Below are positions 35,291 through 48,400 of a stretch of DNA of 64,000 nt, in pieces. A model generated the notes under the pieces. That model was not told the DNA's origin. It made no database searches and saw nothing but the letters and a program-made list of their open reading frames with translations. The DNA is taken from assembly GCA_047495785.1 (NCBI GenBank), contig JBLDXI010000013.1, positions 806,001 through 870,000 of the forward strand. The letters run 5' to 3'. The translations under genes and the position numbers were made by a program. Numbering within the stretch: the stretch's first letter is position 1; every line of letters starts with the position of its first letter. This DNA is from Lepidodermella squamata (taxonomy: Eukaryota; Animalia; Gastrotricha).

Positions 35291-38128
35291 TACCTCCCAT
35301 AATATCTTCAAGCCTGGAATTTGGAAACGTCTTCGAAATAATTCTTTGGCTATATCACGTTTTCCTCATAATTTAATGAGCCCCGGGCAATATTACAGTA
35401 CATATCCTCATTGGAGCGTAAGAACAGACATCTTTCTAATGGTAATGGGACCTATACACTATCAAAATCAAATTATGAAATAAGTAGCAACTTACCTCCT
35501 GTTATCATTGTGTCTGTATTATCAGCATACATCGATTGAAGTTGGCATTGTGACGGCACATTTAAAAATAAAATCTGGAACGGCGTTGATCAATGAAGAG
35601 TTTTTAGGAAAAGATGTCCTTTCCTGAATGCAGTCTGTTATTTTTTTTATCAAATAAATATAATGACATCAACCGCAACCTTCTCAAAAGTGGCAGCAGT
35701 GGCACAAAAAACATCAGCCACCGAACGCCATTAAATGCAATAAATTGGATCGATTTTGTGCCTGCCATCTGCACCCGGCTGTGCGTCAAACGGAAATTAG
35801 GTGATGAACGCCACGATTACACTTTATTGGTCTCATATGCAATATAAGTCGCGCATTTATTCGGTTTATCTCACGGCGCCTAATTCAATAAAATGATGAG
35901 TAATTTTGCAGATGATCCTACTTCAGACCACTAAGCATCTCATGTACCAACTCGTTATCAAGAGCGTGTCATCTCTTGAATTTTCCTTGGGACTAATAGA
36001 GTATTAGTACTAAGGAATTTTCGAACCAAATTTGAAGGTCCAATCTATAGATGTCACTATCATGAGATTTGCAACAATTTATTCTTCGGACAGAATATTT
36101 CATAATAAACATAATAAAAAATAATTGAAAGGGATCGAAAATTGAAATTCGAACTGCACAGCTGGATCCTGAAGCTGCTCGATCGCCTCGCCCGTTTTTA
36201 GATATAAAACATCAAGGTTTTCAATGACTATGTCAGAATAGCCCATACATGATCGAAAAGAATAACTGTTCATCTGAGTAATATATTTCAAAGGTGCACA
36301 CCTGATGGTAAACTTGTTTAGCTATCAGCGTTTTTTATGGGTTCAATTCAAACGAATTCAAATGATCAAGTTGCAGAAGTTGAATTCAAACATTAGCGAC
36401 CCTTAAATTTAGTTTGAAAATCCGATCATTAATGGAGGATTTATGAGTTTTTATTGCGCGTATCAAAAGCTGCTCTTTGCGTATATTTCTATATGCAAGA
36501 ATATTTTTTCATTTTTTTTGGTTTTTTTTTCGGGTCGATGCTTGAGTATTTGCGTTCTCATAAAATAAATGTATCTCCAAACAATGTCCGATTTCAAGTT
36601 CAACCGTAACTGTGTTTGCAAATAGATACCAATACTATAACCAGTACTTCTGATTGAGAATTAGCCTCCATATATACGAAAAAGTGGTACAATAATTATT
36701 CAATTGCGGTTTCTGCCGCAACAATGTAAGTGTATTTATTTTTATTTTTTACAAGCCCTTCTTGGAATTCCAAGTGATTATGTTACAAGTGTTGCAAATA
36801 TCGAAATGAAAATAAATAGCTTCGAAAAATAAATGTGCGAGTGAATTCGAAAACAGCCTTTCCCATCCTGTTTTGTAAGCCCGATAACTGAACGCGATGT
36901 AAACAAGCGCTTGTCATTTAAAAGCGCAAAAAACTGGCGATGTAAGCAAGGCATAGGCAGGTTTCAAGCTTTCGCATATAATAGGCAGCTGGCGATGGGA
37001 TGGCCAGCAGGCTTATTTGTTGGCGCTAAGTGCGATCCCACAAGCACGCCGAACGATGGAAGCAACAGGCGATTTTCGGCCCGATCGGAACGCATGTAAT
37101 ACCTGGTATAACGATGCATTACATTTATTCCACTCGCCTGTCCGATTTTCGATTACCTACTTCCACTCATCAATACAAGGGATGTGGTGCGCCTTGCTGT
37201 ACAATATATTACTTATTGTCTGCGGCTATTATTATTAATATCATTTTTGCTGCTAGAAGCACAAGGAAGAAGCCGAAGAAGAATCAGCGTGCCGTTACGC
37301 CAGCAAAACAAGCGTACAATAAACACGCGGCGGTGATGCAATCGGCGTCTCGTGCTACCTTGGCGCCGCGCACATGCCCCGACTATATTAATGATTTATT
37401 TTTGCGCGCGCCCAGCCTGCTTCACGGCTGCTGAGTCGGTCCGACTCGCGGGCCGGCCGTAATAGCTCAAGGCTGGCTGGTGGATATGGTGCGGACGTGT
37501 TATACGATCCGTGTTATGTTTGAAAGCAAGCGCAGGCAATTCATCGCCGCGGCGCACCGCGCGCGATCGCGCATCCTCCTTAATATTAGGAGTGCGCGCG
37601 CGCCTTTTTATTATTAGCTCGCGCTCATCGCGCACAAAAGAGATAAATAGCGGACGCTGCTGCTGCTGCTGCTCTTGATCATCCGTCGAACAACCGCTCG
37701 GCAAACACGCATCCGCAAGCGCTGCTAGCTAATAATATGCCGGCGTCTGCTTATTGCTTCGCGGGTTCAGCCCTACTGCAGCTCGGTTTGGTTACCTTCC
37801 TAATCTTCCGCTTGCCGTCTGTGCCTTTTATTATTATTATAATAAAACCAGTCGGACCGATGCTTCTTCTTCTTCTTCTACATCTACTTCGCCTACCAGT
37901 TCGCTATCGCTACGCGCCTACCTTTTCTGTATAAATAGCTCGACTAGTCGTACTACTATAACTATATTATTATTATTATTATTGCAGAAAAGCTTGATAT
38001 GTTGCTTTGTCTTTTGGTTTTCTGACGCCGTTCATCTCGGCGAGATTCCTACTCTTCGTATCGTCATTATCTTGCTGCTCGACCGCTGCTGCTGTTGCAG
38101 CTCTGCTGTTCGATGTGTACGCTGCCCG

Positions 38129-38141
38129 GCCTGTCTGCCTG

Positions 38142-38172
<31 letters not shown>
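38129..38172. repeat. (GCCT)n microsatellite within a low-complexity non-coding region upstream of the myosin light chain
   Basis: Seven perfect GCCT units at 38144-38171 plus degenerate units. Nearby are (ATT)n, (CTT)n and (GCT)n runs. Confidence 0.85.
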
Positions 38173-39231
38173 GTGTAGGTTTTGATGCCAGACAGCAGCC
38201 AGCCTACAAGTATTCGCGTGCCGTTCGCATTTATAAAGCGTCATCCTCGTCATCGAGCCCGCTTTCTCCTTTCTTCCGCACACTCGCTTTTACCTGGCCA
38301 GCCCAGCCGTGTTTTTTGCTGCCGTTTCCCATTGCCGTGTGTGTGTGTAATCAAGGGCCAGCGCGTCGACCTCGGCGAGGTTATAGAGCAATACCCGTCG
38401 CTTGTCTTGGCTCATCACAAACATTCGACGCGCGACTAAGAACGTTTACGCCAAGCTATTCAGCAAAGTTACCAGTATCAATTTCTATCGAGAGTCGAAA
38501 TCGATGTTTTACCCTATCGATTAGCTCGCTAATATGGCTATATGAAGAGCATTCCAGCAATCCAGTTAAAACGTCGCTTCACCTATTTATTTTCTATGCG
38601 TGGTCTCTTCAGCTTGATTCTATGATAAGATTCCAGTCACAACCGCCCGTTAAACTGGTTAATACGTTAGCGATAGGTCGCCGGCCGTTCGCTATTAATA
38701 CACGGCTTCAACGCAAGTCCGAGCCGTAACGCCCCGTTTGGTGCTGTCAATCACTCATACATCGCACCTTGTTCATCATTATGCTACACGACTGACTATT
38801 CGCTAGCTATATATGGCAAATGCGAGCGGGATGTTTCGAAGCCGCTCAGTTGCTACGAGGAAAGATAACGAGCACTTCGTGCGAACATCACTCGATTTCT
38901 ACTGCAGCTTTTTCCCTTGCAGAGTGGCCAGTATTTTACAACTTACATCCATCCTTTTTGAGCAAGGATTAGCAAGGATCTGTTCCAACATTAACCTAAT
39001 TTTCACATTATTTGTGGATGAAAATTCAGGAATCGACCTCAGTTTTGATCACTCCGTAAACTGCTATGCTTGGGGACCTTGTTTCAGTACCAAGAAATCT
39101 TCATATTTTTACTAGTTTTTTCCCCTCATTATTCATCGTTTCTAATTTTGGTCAACTTTTTCCCCTAGTTTTGTTTAAATCGAGCTTAACACCAGCCAAC
39201 CCTCTGGTTTTAAACATTCGCAGAGTTCAAT

Positions 39232-40680
39232 ATGGTAAGCTTTTGCAATACGTTTCCAAAGCAGTTTTCTCATTTCTTTCATTTCCCAACATTTAGTCTC
39301 TATCTTCGGACGAAATTGACAGTAAGTTTTCGCTGTTTTTATTGTTATTTTTGCTTCCTCAGCGCGTATTGGCTCTTAGATGTAGAACTAGGTTAAAAGC
39401 GGGCCGAGATAGCTTAATCCACGAAATCATTGTTGCGGCAACCCTGGCTTTTACCCTCGTTTTTTTACTTTTTACTTTACCGATCGGCTCGGGAAAGTTC
39501 CAGTCATGTTTCATTCGATTTGTTGAATTTTTTTCAATGCGACTTCCGTTAGCCACACACTTCAGCTGGGTACTGACAAAAAATGCGTCCGCTGCACATA
39601 TCGTTTTTTTTTACCTCGAAGCCGCGCATACACACATTGCCATGCCCTGCATAGCCAATGTAGGCCCGAATGCCGCTCGTTCGCTCGCCTTCTCGCTACT
39701 GGCCAGGTAAACATCGCGATGCGCGCACCCCGCAGCGCTGTTTTTATCTCTTGCATATGTGCGCGCGTGTTTTTATGCGCGCGCCAACTTGCCGTGTAAT
39801 ACGTATAGGTATATGTAGAAGCTGGAAAAGCCGCACGCCCCGTTATCGCCTGCCCATTGTGCGACTAGTCGAGCGCAAATGGTAATAACCGCGCGGCAGT
39901 AATGCATTTAAGCCGAGATTCTGCTGTCTTTATTTCTGCGCGCGTTTTACTATGCGGTTGTACCATGAGCAGCAGGTACGCCGGCAGATTCTGACGGGCC
40001 GCCCCGAGCACCTGTGATAGCTCATAGATAGGTCCGTATAAGAAAGGAATAAGAAAAAAAACGAGAGAAGAGGGCGGACCACGCCTTGTGTTTACCCTCG
40101 TTTACCTCGGTGCATCACAACAAGGGCTGTTATGTAAAACATTTGTTTTGTTATTTGTCACCAGAGGTGCGCGAAGTCTTCGACCTTTTCGACTTTTGGG
40201 ATGGTCGCGACGGTTTCGTCGACGGTGCCAAGGTCGGCGACGTTCTGCGGTGTTGCGGCCTGAACCCGACCAACGAGGTCGTGTTGAAGCACGGTGGCAC
40301 CAAGCAGATGGGTGAGAAGCAGTACAAGTTCGAGGAACTGTTGCCCGTCTACCAAGAAGTCAGCCAGATCAAGGACACCGGAACCTACGCCGAATTTATT
40401 GAAGCTTTCAAGACATTCGACCGTGAAGGCCAGGGCTTCATTTCGGCCGCCGAAGTCCGGCACGTCCTGTCCTCGCTTGGTGAGCGTCTCACCGACGAGG
40501 AAGTTGACAAGATTTTCAAGTTCACCGAAACCCGAGAGGATCTGGAAGGTAACATCAAGTACGAAGGTGAGTCATGAGCAAGATTAGGTTCAATACGCCT
40601 TGAAATAACACGCCGTCTTATTCCTATTTTTTATAGAGTTCATCAAGAAGGTGATGGCTGGTCCCTATCCTGACAAATAA
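39232..40680 (+). CDS. Myosin essential light chain
   Basis: Exons 39232-39234 (ATG only), 39297-39321, 40165-40566, 40637-40680. Protein: [26 protein letters not shown]...[15 protein letters not shown]...[24 protein letters not shown], closely resembling molluscan ELC. Confidence 0.96.
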
Positions 40681-42768
40681 ACATCTGCGCCGGCAATGCA
40701 CAAAGACTTTGTTTGGTTTTATTACTCAGAAATCCCGTCTCTCTAACAAGAAAAAACAATCAAATCTGTATAATATTTATAGCATGCTCTTATGTATCCG
40801 CGATATAAAATACTCTGCTGAACTAGAAAACAAGAGGAACAAGGTGTAAAAGGGATGACAATTAACTGCTTCGTATGACTGCGTATAATATCTCTGCCAG
40901 CTGTTTTGTATGCGAGACTGTGAATTCGATATCTACTTCATGCAGGGCACCAAACGTTGAATGCCATGACGATAAATCTACCTGTTAATTTTCTTTGTTG
41001 AAACTTTGGTGGGACTTCATGAAGTTTACATTTGGTTCGGCTCGTTTTGCAACTCGGCTAACTATAAGTCAATACTTCAACTATGGCTCTCAAATGGTCG
41101 AAAAACTATCATCCTCTGCTCAGTGCTAGCTTTAAAATCAATCTGAAACATCACGTGTTGTTTTGTGTTCTGACTCGTATGAGCCGGCGACCTTCGCTTG
41201 TGCCGCGCCCAACATCTCTGCTGGCATCGGCGATTGATGCCCTCGCATGCGACGTCGCGTCGAATCTTCCACGTTATACGCCCCGGTCATGCGAGCATTG
41301 TTATGATAATTATACTGAGACAAACATCATCATCAAACTGCCATAAACGTTATGTTACCCCTAATACAAAAAACAGCATTGAAAACTCCTCCGCTACCAC
41401 TGAAACCACAGCTTGCACGTGTCTACTGCTCGTGCTCGAGTGCGTTCGTCAATTCGTGTTTGTTTGCAATAATCGTAATATTATAGTTTTGTCATCTCTT
41501 TTATAAACACAATATAGGCGACAAAGCCCTAAAATGTGAACAACCACACCAATGTAACTTGTATTCATAACAATAAAAATGAATGATCGAACTTGCAATT
41601 TCCGATTCTTCCGAAAAATTATTGATGATAACACAGCGAAATTACAACTTGGCAAAGAACTTGAATTAAATTCTGACGCAAAATACGGCGTAGCTTGAAG
41701 TGAAACAAGAAACAGGTCTACAATCAAAACGTTGGAACCAAAATAAAAGCGTTAAACTTCAAGCGCTATTCGGAAACTGGTTAATCGTACAAGGAAGAGG
41801 TTTACGACATTGACTGAAGCTATCCTCATACCTCCCATGTCAGCATTCAGCATTCAGTACAAATAAGCTAACAGCCTATTTTAGCGACTCGTGAACCATC
41901 ATGTTAGGCGGTAGCTGAGGCCATATTGTTCGCTTGAATTCCGAGCGGTTAACTAACAGAGTACGGTACTGGGACGTATCGGAGAGTTGGAAACTGCCTA
42001 AATTAAGTTTTGTCTCGAATTTCTTATTGAAATTAGGAATTAAATGTTTTTAATGTGCGATGATCAAGGAATAGCTATAATTTTGTTCCTTATATACACT
42101 CGATCCTGCCATCGGATCGAATCTCGAGTTTATATTCTCTTCTCAAGTTAGTTCTTCATGCGATTGCTCCTTATTTGAGAGGGATCTCATTTTGATTAGG
42201 ATCGCGATCACGAATGACTCGTCCAAAACTTATTGTCTAGGACTAGTATAGGACTTGCCCGATAGAGTGTTGTTATTGTTGTTTCTTTTCTAGAATTTTT
42301 TATTGAAATTTCCGACGAATGAAGAATAGGTTTTACTAAACGATACTTATGAGTTGGGATCTCGCGAGGAAAAACTGAGATTTTCCTTGGTTCCATCAAC
42401 TAATGGCTCGTCATATGCTATTCTCGATCGCCTCGTCTCAGCACGTTACGACATTTTTCACAGCTAAATTCGCGAACGTCTATTTAGTCAGAACGATTAT
42501 TGATAGCTGAAGATGAACACTTTCGAATTGGCAAATCGACACCCTCAAGCTGCACTCATCAGTAACTTTCATGGACAAGACTCAAATTTCCAAATATCCA
42601 GCAGAAATTCCAGAAAAAATTTATTCATCAATTTGCGCATTTACGCGATAACATAGAGAACAAAACAATTTCTCCTGTTACATATGCGTGATACAATTTT
42701 ATCATTTACAGTAATGAAAGTTACATGAGATTGGAATCAGATCATCAAAGTTACATAACAACTTTTAG

Positions 42769-43532
42769 TCAAGTATGTTTCGACTTCCTGGTTAAATCAA
42801 TAGGGCCTGCCGCCATGCTCGAATCAGAATCGAAGAGCGCTGAGCTAAGAGCTGAAGATTCCATTGGTGCTGATAAGTTGGAAGATTCGACGGGTGTTGA
42901 TGATGAGTTATTAGAGGATTCGTTAGGCGCCATAGATTCAGAAGAATTGGAAGAGTCGACTTGGTTCCGCCGAGATTCAGAGGAATTGGAGGATTCGATT
43001 TGGTTCCGCCGCTTCATCTTCTTTTTCTCCGCAATCTTATCTCGAGCCCAAAGAATGAGTCTGTTGATCTCATCCGGAGACAGGATGCCATCTCGCTTTT
43101 TACACACCCGCGTTAAATGCTTCTCCAGCGCTCCTCGTTGCCCGAAAGTGTTCGCACAAAGCTGGCACTCGAGCCGATAGCCGTAGTAGTGGCGACGTGG
43201 ATTTTCGCTCGTGCTCTGGAACTTGCCTTTCACGCGCGGTTGAGCAGCTGAAGCCTTGTGCCGATTTGTCACAGTTTTCATGTGCTTCAAAATTTTACGG
43301 GCTTCTTCGAGGGTGTACAATGCTGCAAGTAAATAACACTATTATTGCATGTCGAGTGTTGGAAAACTACAACGCATCTACCTTTTTTCGCTTTCTCAGC
43401 CGCTTCCTCAGCCTCCAGAATTTTTTGCGCCTCTTCGAGCGTGTATAATCCTTATTGGTGACATCAAAATTTATTGATTAATTTACGATGAAAATCACTA
43501 AAATTACCTTTCTTTGCCGGTAATTTCCTCAT
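42769..43532 (-). CDS. Single C2HC/C2H2-type zinc-finger protein (~215 aa) with a Ser-rich tail and a PIDLT motif
   Basis: Exons 43532-43508, 43450-43382 and 43322-42769 join in frame. It has the finger CQLC..TFGQRGALEKHLTRVC, a basic KKKMKRR, ESSNSSES repeats and a terminal PIDLTRK. Confidence 0.7.
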
Positions 43533-44986
43533 ATTTTGAATAAACTTGCTTTGGTTACAAAACTCTAAGCGTAAAACACGAAATTTTGTGAAACAAAGGC
43601 TAAAGGCAGTAAAACGCTGCTGTTCGTAGGGGACTTTTACCAACCGCCGACATGAATACAACATGCTATGGGCATACACATACGTAAATACCTGCGTGAA
43701 ATAGCGTGTTATACCTAGCCGTAAAATGTTTTCACCACCGTCCGCATAATAAAGTACTGCGCCGGCCGTAGTAAAGCCATTACCGGCTAGAGCAGGCATA
43801 CACACGATGCCTTTGCAGCAGCTTACAAAGGCTACATCGTACATATATTATTAAGGTGAAATAATAAGGAGAATTTTGTTAGCTTCTAAAGCGACTATGC
43901 TCGAGTTGGGCATTATAGCTGTTGAAGAATGAATGCGGTAGATAGGCCATTACGGTCATGACGTTGCGAAGCTAGACAAAAATGTTTTGTTTACAGTATT
44001 TCATAGTATAAGCTATCGCATGGTGAGCGAGCGACCCGGCAAGCGCGTTCTTTTGATGAGTATACTATGCCTCTATATCATCGCTATCGACTATAAGCTA
44101 CGGCCGACCCAACTACCGCCAAGCTTTTTGTTGACTGTGCCCGCTTATTTACCAACACCTTACGTTTCCATGCCTACTATATAGCTGTGTTTATGCCAGC
44201 TCTGCGGTAAAACCTTAATTTACGAGTGCATATCTCTTAGTTTTACCGCCGGCCAAGTCCGACCTGTTTTACTACCGCCACCAAGGCTTTTTTGGCTATG
44301 CCTGTTTACCAACACATAGCTTTTTAATGAAATAAGTTGTAATGAAAGTTTGTTTTAATAAAGCGATGCACCTGTTAAGCTTGTGGCGGTAAGTTTCTGC
44401 CAGTGCAGCATTAATGAGATGTAGGCCTAGCGGATTGGTCATATTCACCGTCGGATTATACATGTAAATCTCGAATTTTTGCCGCAGCGCTAACGATATA
44501 AGTAAAAAAGACAAGTGAAAATAGATCGAAAGTCGGCAATCCGAACTCGAAGCGGAGGCACTTGGCGCAGAGAATCCCGGATCCCGGAGAATCGAATGTC
44601 CTAAGAGCGAAGCCTTGCCAAAGACCTTCCAAGTCCTCTACTTGGAGTCGGTCCTAACCTAATGCCTGAATCCCAATGCCTACTTCGATCTCATCATTGA
44701 TTTTAAGTAAAATTAGCAGGTATTAGCATTGTTTACTTCCCTAAACACTTTGCCTGAATCTCAAATGCGAAATTTTATTCGGAAATCCAATAGAAAAGGG
44801 AGAGATAGGAAACTTTCGAAAACCATAATTCCTCTCATTCCGTTACTTAAAGAAAAAATCTCAAAAAAATTACGGCTTTTATTTTTCAAAAATAATGTTC
44901 ATAAACGCCAAAAAAATCATGGAAGCCATTGTTAAATCAGTGCGATTTCATATCAGATTCATCGCTGACAGCCAAAGCTGTTCGAT

Positions 44987-45413
44987 TTAGTGACGACGGA
45001 AAAGTCCGCCATGGTGGTGATGGTGGTGGTGGCCGAATACCCCGCCGTGATGGTGATGGTGATGACCAAAGGTAGCGCCTAGCACAGCTCCGGTAACTAT
45101 CGCAGCTCCAACGCCTGGTCTAGCTACTGTATGATGAACGACTGCTGGCTGCTGATGGACAATCACAGGCTGAGGTTGCTGTTGAACATAGACAACCTGG
45201 GGCTGAGGCGGGTATTGCTGTGGGTAGTAGACGGCTTGCTGGGGTGCTCCGTAACCTGGGGGTGGCGGCATACCCTGCTGGACTTGATATTGTGGCGCTG
45301 TTCCTGCTGGGGCAACGGTTCCATAGGCGGGTGGTTGTTGGTTAGGATAGGCTAAAGTAAAAAACCAAGCTGAAGTTTTGTGAAAAATTAAGTAAAAAGA
45401 GCTACTTACACAT
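44987..45413 (-). CDS. Small Pro/Gln/Tyr-rich protein (122 aa) with PPxY motifs, a hydrophobic Gly-rich segment and a poly-His tail
   Basis: Exons 45413-45410 (ATGT) and 45351-44987. Protein: MSYPNQQPPAYG...PPPPGYG...GVGAAIVTGAVLGATFGHHHHHHGGVFGHHHHHHHGGLFRRH. Confidence 0.8.
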
Positions 45414-48400
45414 TATTCGTAAAAGCGATTAGTTTTTTCCTTGTAATAAAATAAAACAATCCTCTCTATAATATGCAAAAAAGTAGTGTAAAAAGCGTGA
45501 AGCGAATGAAAAAACCCAGATGGCGGGTATACGGATAATGCTATCTACAAGACCTTATGCTTGCTCTGTTTTTTGGCCTATTACCACGGAGAGTTGGAGA
45601 GTTTATATATGCGCCGGATAAGTAACTGATAAGACGCGCAATTATTCACCATCAGACCTGTGCATGGGCGTCTCTGAAATCATAACACCTGAGCGATGAC
45701 AATTGCCTGATTATAATATAATCTTTCCTTTACATATCTCTTACGTTGAACTAGAAAGATTAGCATTTTTCCGCACTTTGGCATAAAGTGTGCGCTGAGA
45801 CATTGCATAAAGAACACCTGGCCAATATTAAAGCACTTCCTCGCGGGGTCACCCGGGCAAATGATGATGAGAACTGAATGCTCAAAAGCACAATTGCTAT
45901 ATGTTGCTGCAAACCTTCGCGATTTGACACAAGAGATCGTTCTGCAAAAACTTTTGTCAATTTGAGAAAGCATTTCTTCTCTTTCCTGTGAGACTGAGCT
46001 AAAACATCAGCTTAAACAGCTGCACTTTATATAATAGCTCGCTACCTCCTAGTCGTTTATAATGAAGTAAAAAGGATGAGAGTTTAAATTCGACAGAAAT
46101 TCATGAGCTTCAAGAGCAGTCTTCCGTTTTTACCAGCGACATGCTGGATGTCGCAATGTCATTTGAGAATACTTGCTTCAGAATTCAATGTTGGTGCAAT
46201 TATTTCCCTCGCAGTGGAATCAGTTGACAGCTAATTATAGTTTCGACACGAACTTCAACTTGAAAAATAGCTGGAACTTCTCGAAATTCCGATCGTAGAA
46301 TCAAAGGGCAGATAAGGTATTTTCGACATTTTTGATATATCACCTGATAGCAAAGTTCAACATTATTGACGAAACATTCGGTCTCATGCTTAAGAAGTAG
46401 AACCTTTTTGATACCTTCACATTAAACTATTAGAGCAATTTTTCGGTGTAAAATTCGATTTTCGATCCCATTACACAGAGTATCTGAGCGCGTCCTATCG
46501 CCTGTTATATATTGCAACCAGTCATAATCATCATCCGCTTCTCTTCGAAATCGCCGCTTATGTCATCTTGCGACGCTGAAGTCGAAGAAATGAGGGCAGG
46601 CAGATCGAATGAAGGCTTGACCTTGAGTAAGTCGCTGGTCACCAGCACTGCGGCGTTTTCATCTATTGTAACACACCATCAAAACGCCTCAAACGATTTG
46701 ACTGATGGCCGAGTTGGTCGAAGATCGGTCGCTGTGTTACGCCGTATTTTCATGTAGCTTGGTCGATCAGAATGATAACCAAAGTTAAGGTAGTTGAATA
46801 GGTAGTATGAATAGGTAGTATGATTCTTCGAAGTGGAAAGCCTCGAGCGATTTCGAACATTATAGTAAAGAAAGTGCTAAGCCTCTTAATATCTCATTTC
46901 CTTAGGTATGCAAGCAGTTATTATAAGAACCCAAGCCAGGTCCCTCGAACTATCCAGGGCCATTGATGTGAGTCCCACGAAAGTCATCTCCAAACTCCGT
47001 GTATTCGTCGAGTTCGATGAGTTCGCTCATGAAAAGTAGACTCGAACTCCGATAGGTACTTGTGATCATAATCATCCTTTTGAATTCTGGAGAGTTCGAT
47101 TGAATGCAAACTTGAAACTTGAACAACCAGTAATTTTTCAGTTGACGCTTCGAAGTTAGTCTGAAGACCATTCATTCCTGATCGGTGGTAGCAAAACTGA
47201 AAGAATCGCCGCTAACCGAATGTGCAATTCGAATGATGGCTTCATATGGCTTCGGTGCAGCAGTCCTACCAGAATAGATATTGGAAAACTGCCCTGTACC
47301 CACCGTCGACGCCTATCGACAGCCTTTGGAGGAAAGAAGGCTTCTTTGCGCATTGAGTGGTAGTGCAAAGATCGCCACATTATCCGCAGCAAAGAAGATA
47401 TACTCTTAGCTACTTTTCGAGTATATAACTAACTATAACAATTTTATTTCCAATTTTGCGCTTTTCAGACAGGGAATTGATCGAACGAAGCACGTATTTT
47501 CATCTCTTAACAGCTCTGTGTGGTTGATTTTGCATTTTTGCAATAATTTGGATCGTCAATTAGGTTTATCGAGCTGTTCAGCTGCCTCGTCGTTCGAAAA
47601 GTGGCCACGTAAACAACATTAAAATGAATTTGCTCTTTGAAGAGGTGCTATTGCGGTTGCATGTTTGCTACTTCTGATCACCTCTTTTTCAAAATTTCCA
47701 ACATTCAAGTTATATTCCACAAAGCTGTTCAAGGGAAAAACGAGAAAGAGCAAGTAATAAAACGTAAAATAAGCCGCATTTTAAATGTTTGCTCCCTGCA
47801 ATCCGCCTTTCAATTGGAGATCGACGCTTTTGAGGATTTACGATTTATAATACAATGATTTTCATTGCATTATTTGAGCGCAGATTTTGCGACGCGCAAG
47901 CGGGCAGAAATTTGCCTAAATAACACACTGCTCAATTGACATTCGTATAATTCATTAGTTGCCTATTCCTGTATTTCATTCGCGTTTAATCGAGAGAAAG
48001 GCACGAACAAAAACGGCAGCCATCGATCCAGCGCGTCAAGAGAAGGCGAAAGCCGAAATTAGGATAAACACAGGTCGCATAAATAATAACAATTGCAACG
48101 GAGGGAGAGATGGCGCTTAATTATAATGCAATCGAGAGCGCACCTTTTTGTAAATTTTTGTATTGTTTGACAGCGGTGGTAAACAACGATATATAGTGAT
48201 GACAACGATGCGAATTTGTAAAAGTGAGCTGCACACGCGTCCCTATTTCCTCTATTATTTTTACATTATTCAGCCCGCTTTTCCTGCGTCACTCCTAATA
48301 ACATGGTGTGCGCATTTTTATACGACGAAATTAACTCGTTATCACGCATATTATTGCTTTTTTGTCATAGCCTTATCACCTCTTTCAATATATACTGATT

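Noticed and set aside
36911-39115. ORFs up to 240 aa between the GPCR and myosin ELC
   Set aside because: They are translations of microsatellite and low-complexity DNA (LPACLPAC, poly-L/I) with no splice-consistent or domain evidence. Most likely regulatory non-coding DNA.
43700-44340. Degenerate direct repeats (CTACCGCC..GCTTTTT..TTTACCAACAC)
   Set aside because: Two weak copies with no definable termini or TSD, so an element cannot be supported.
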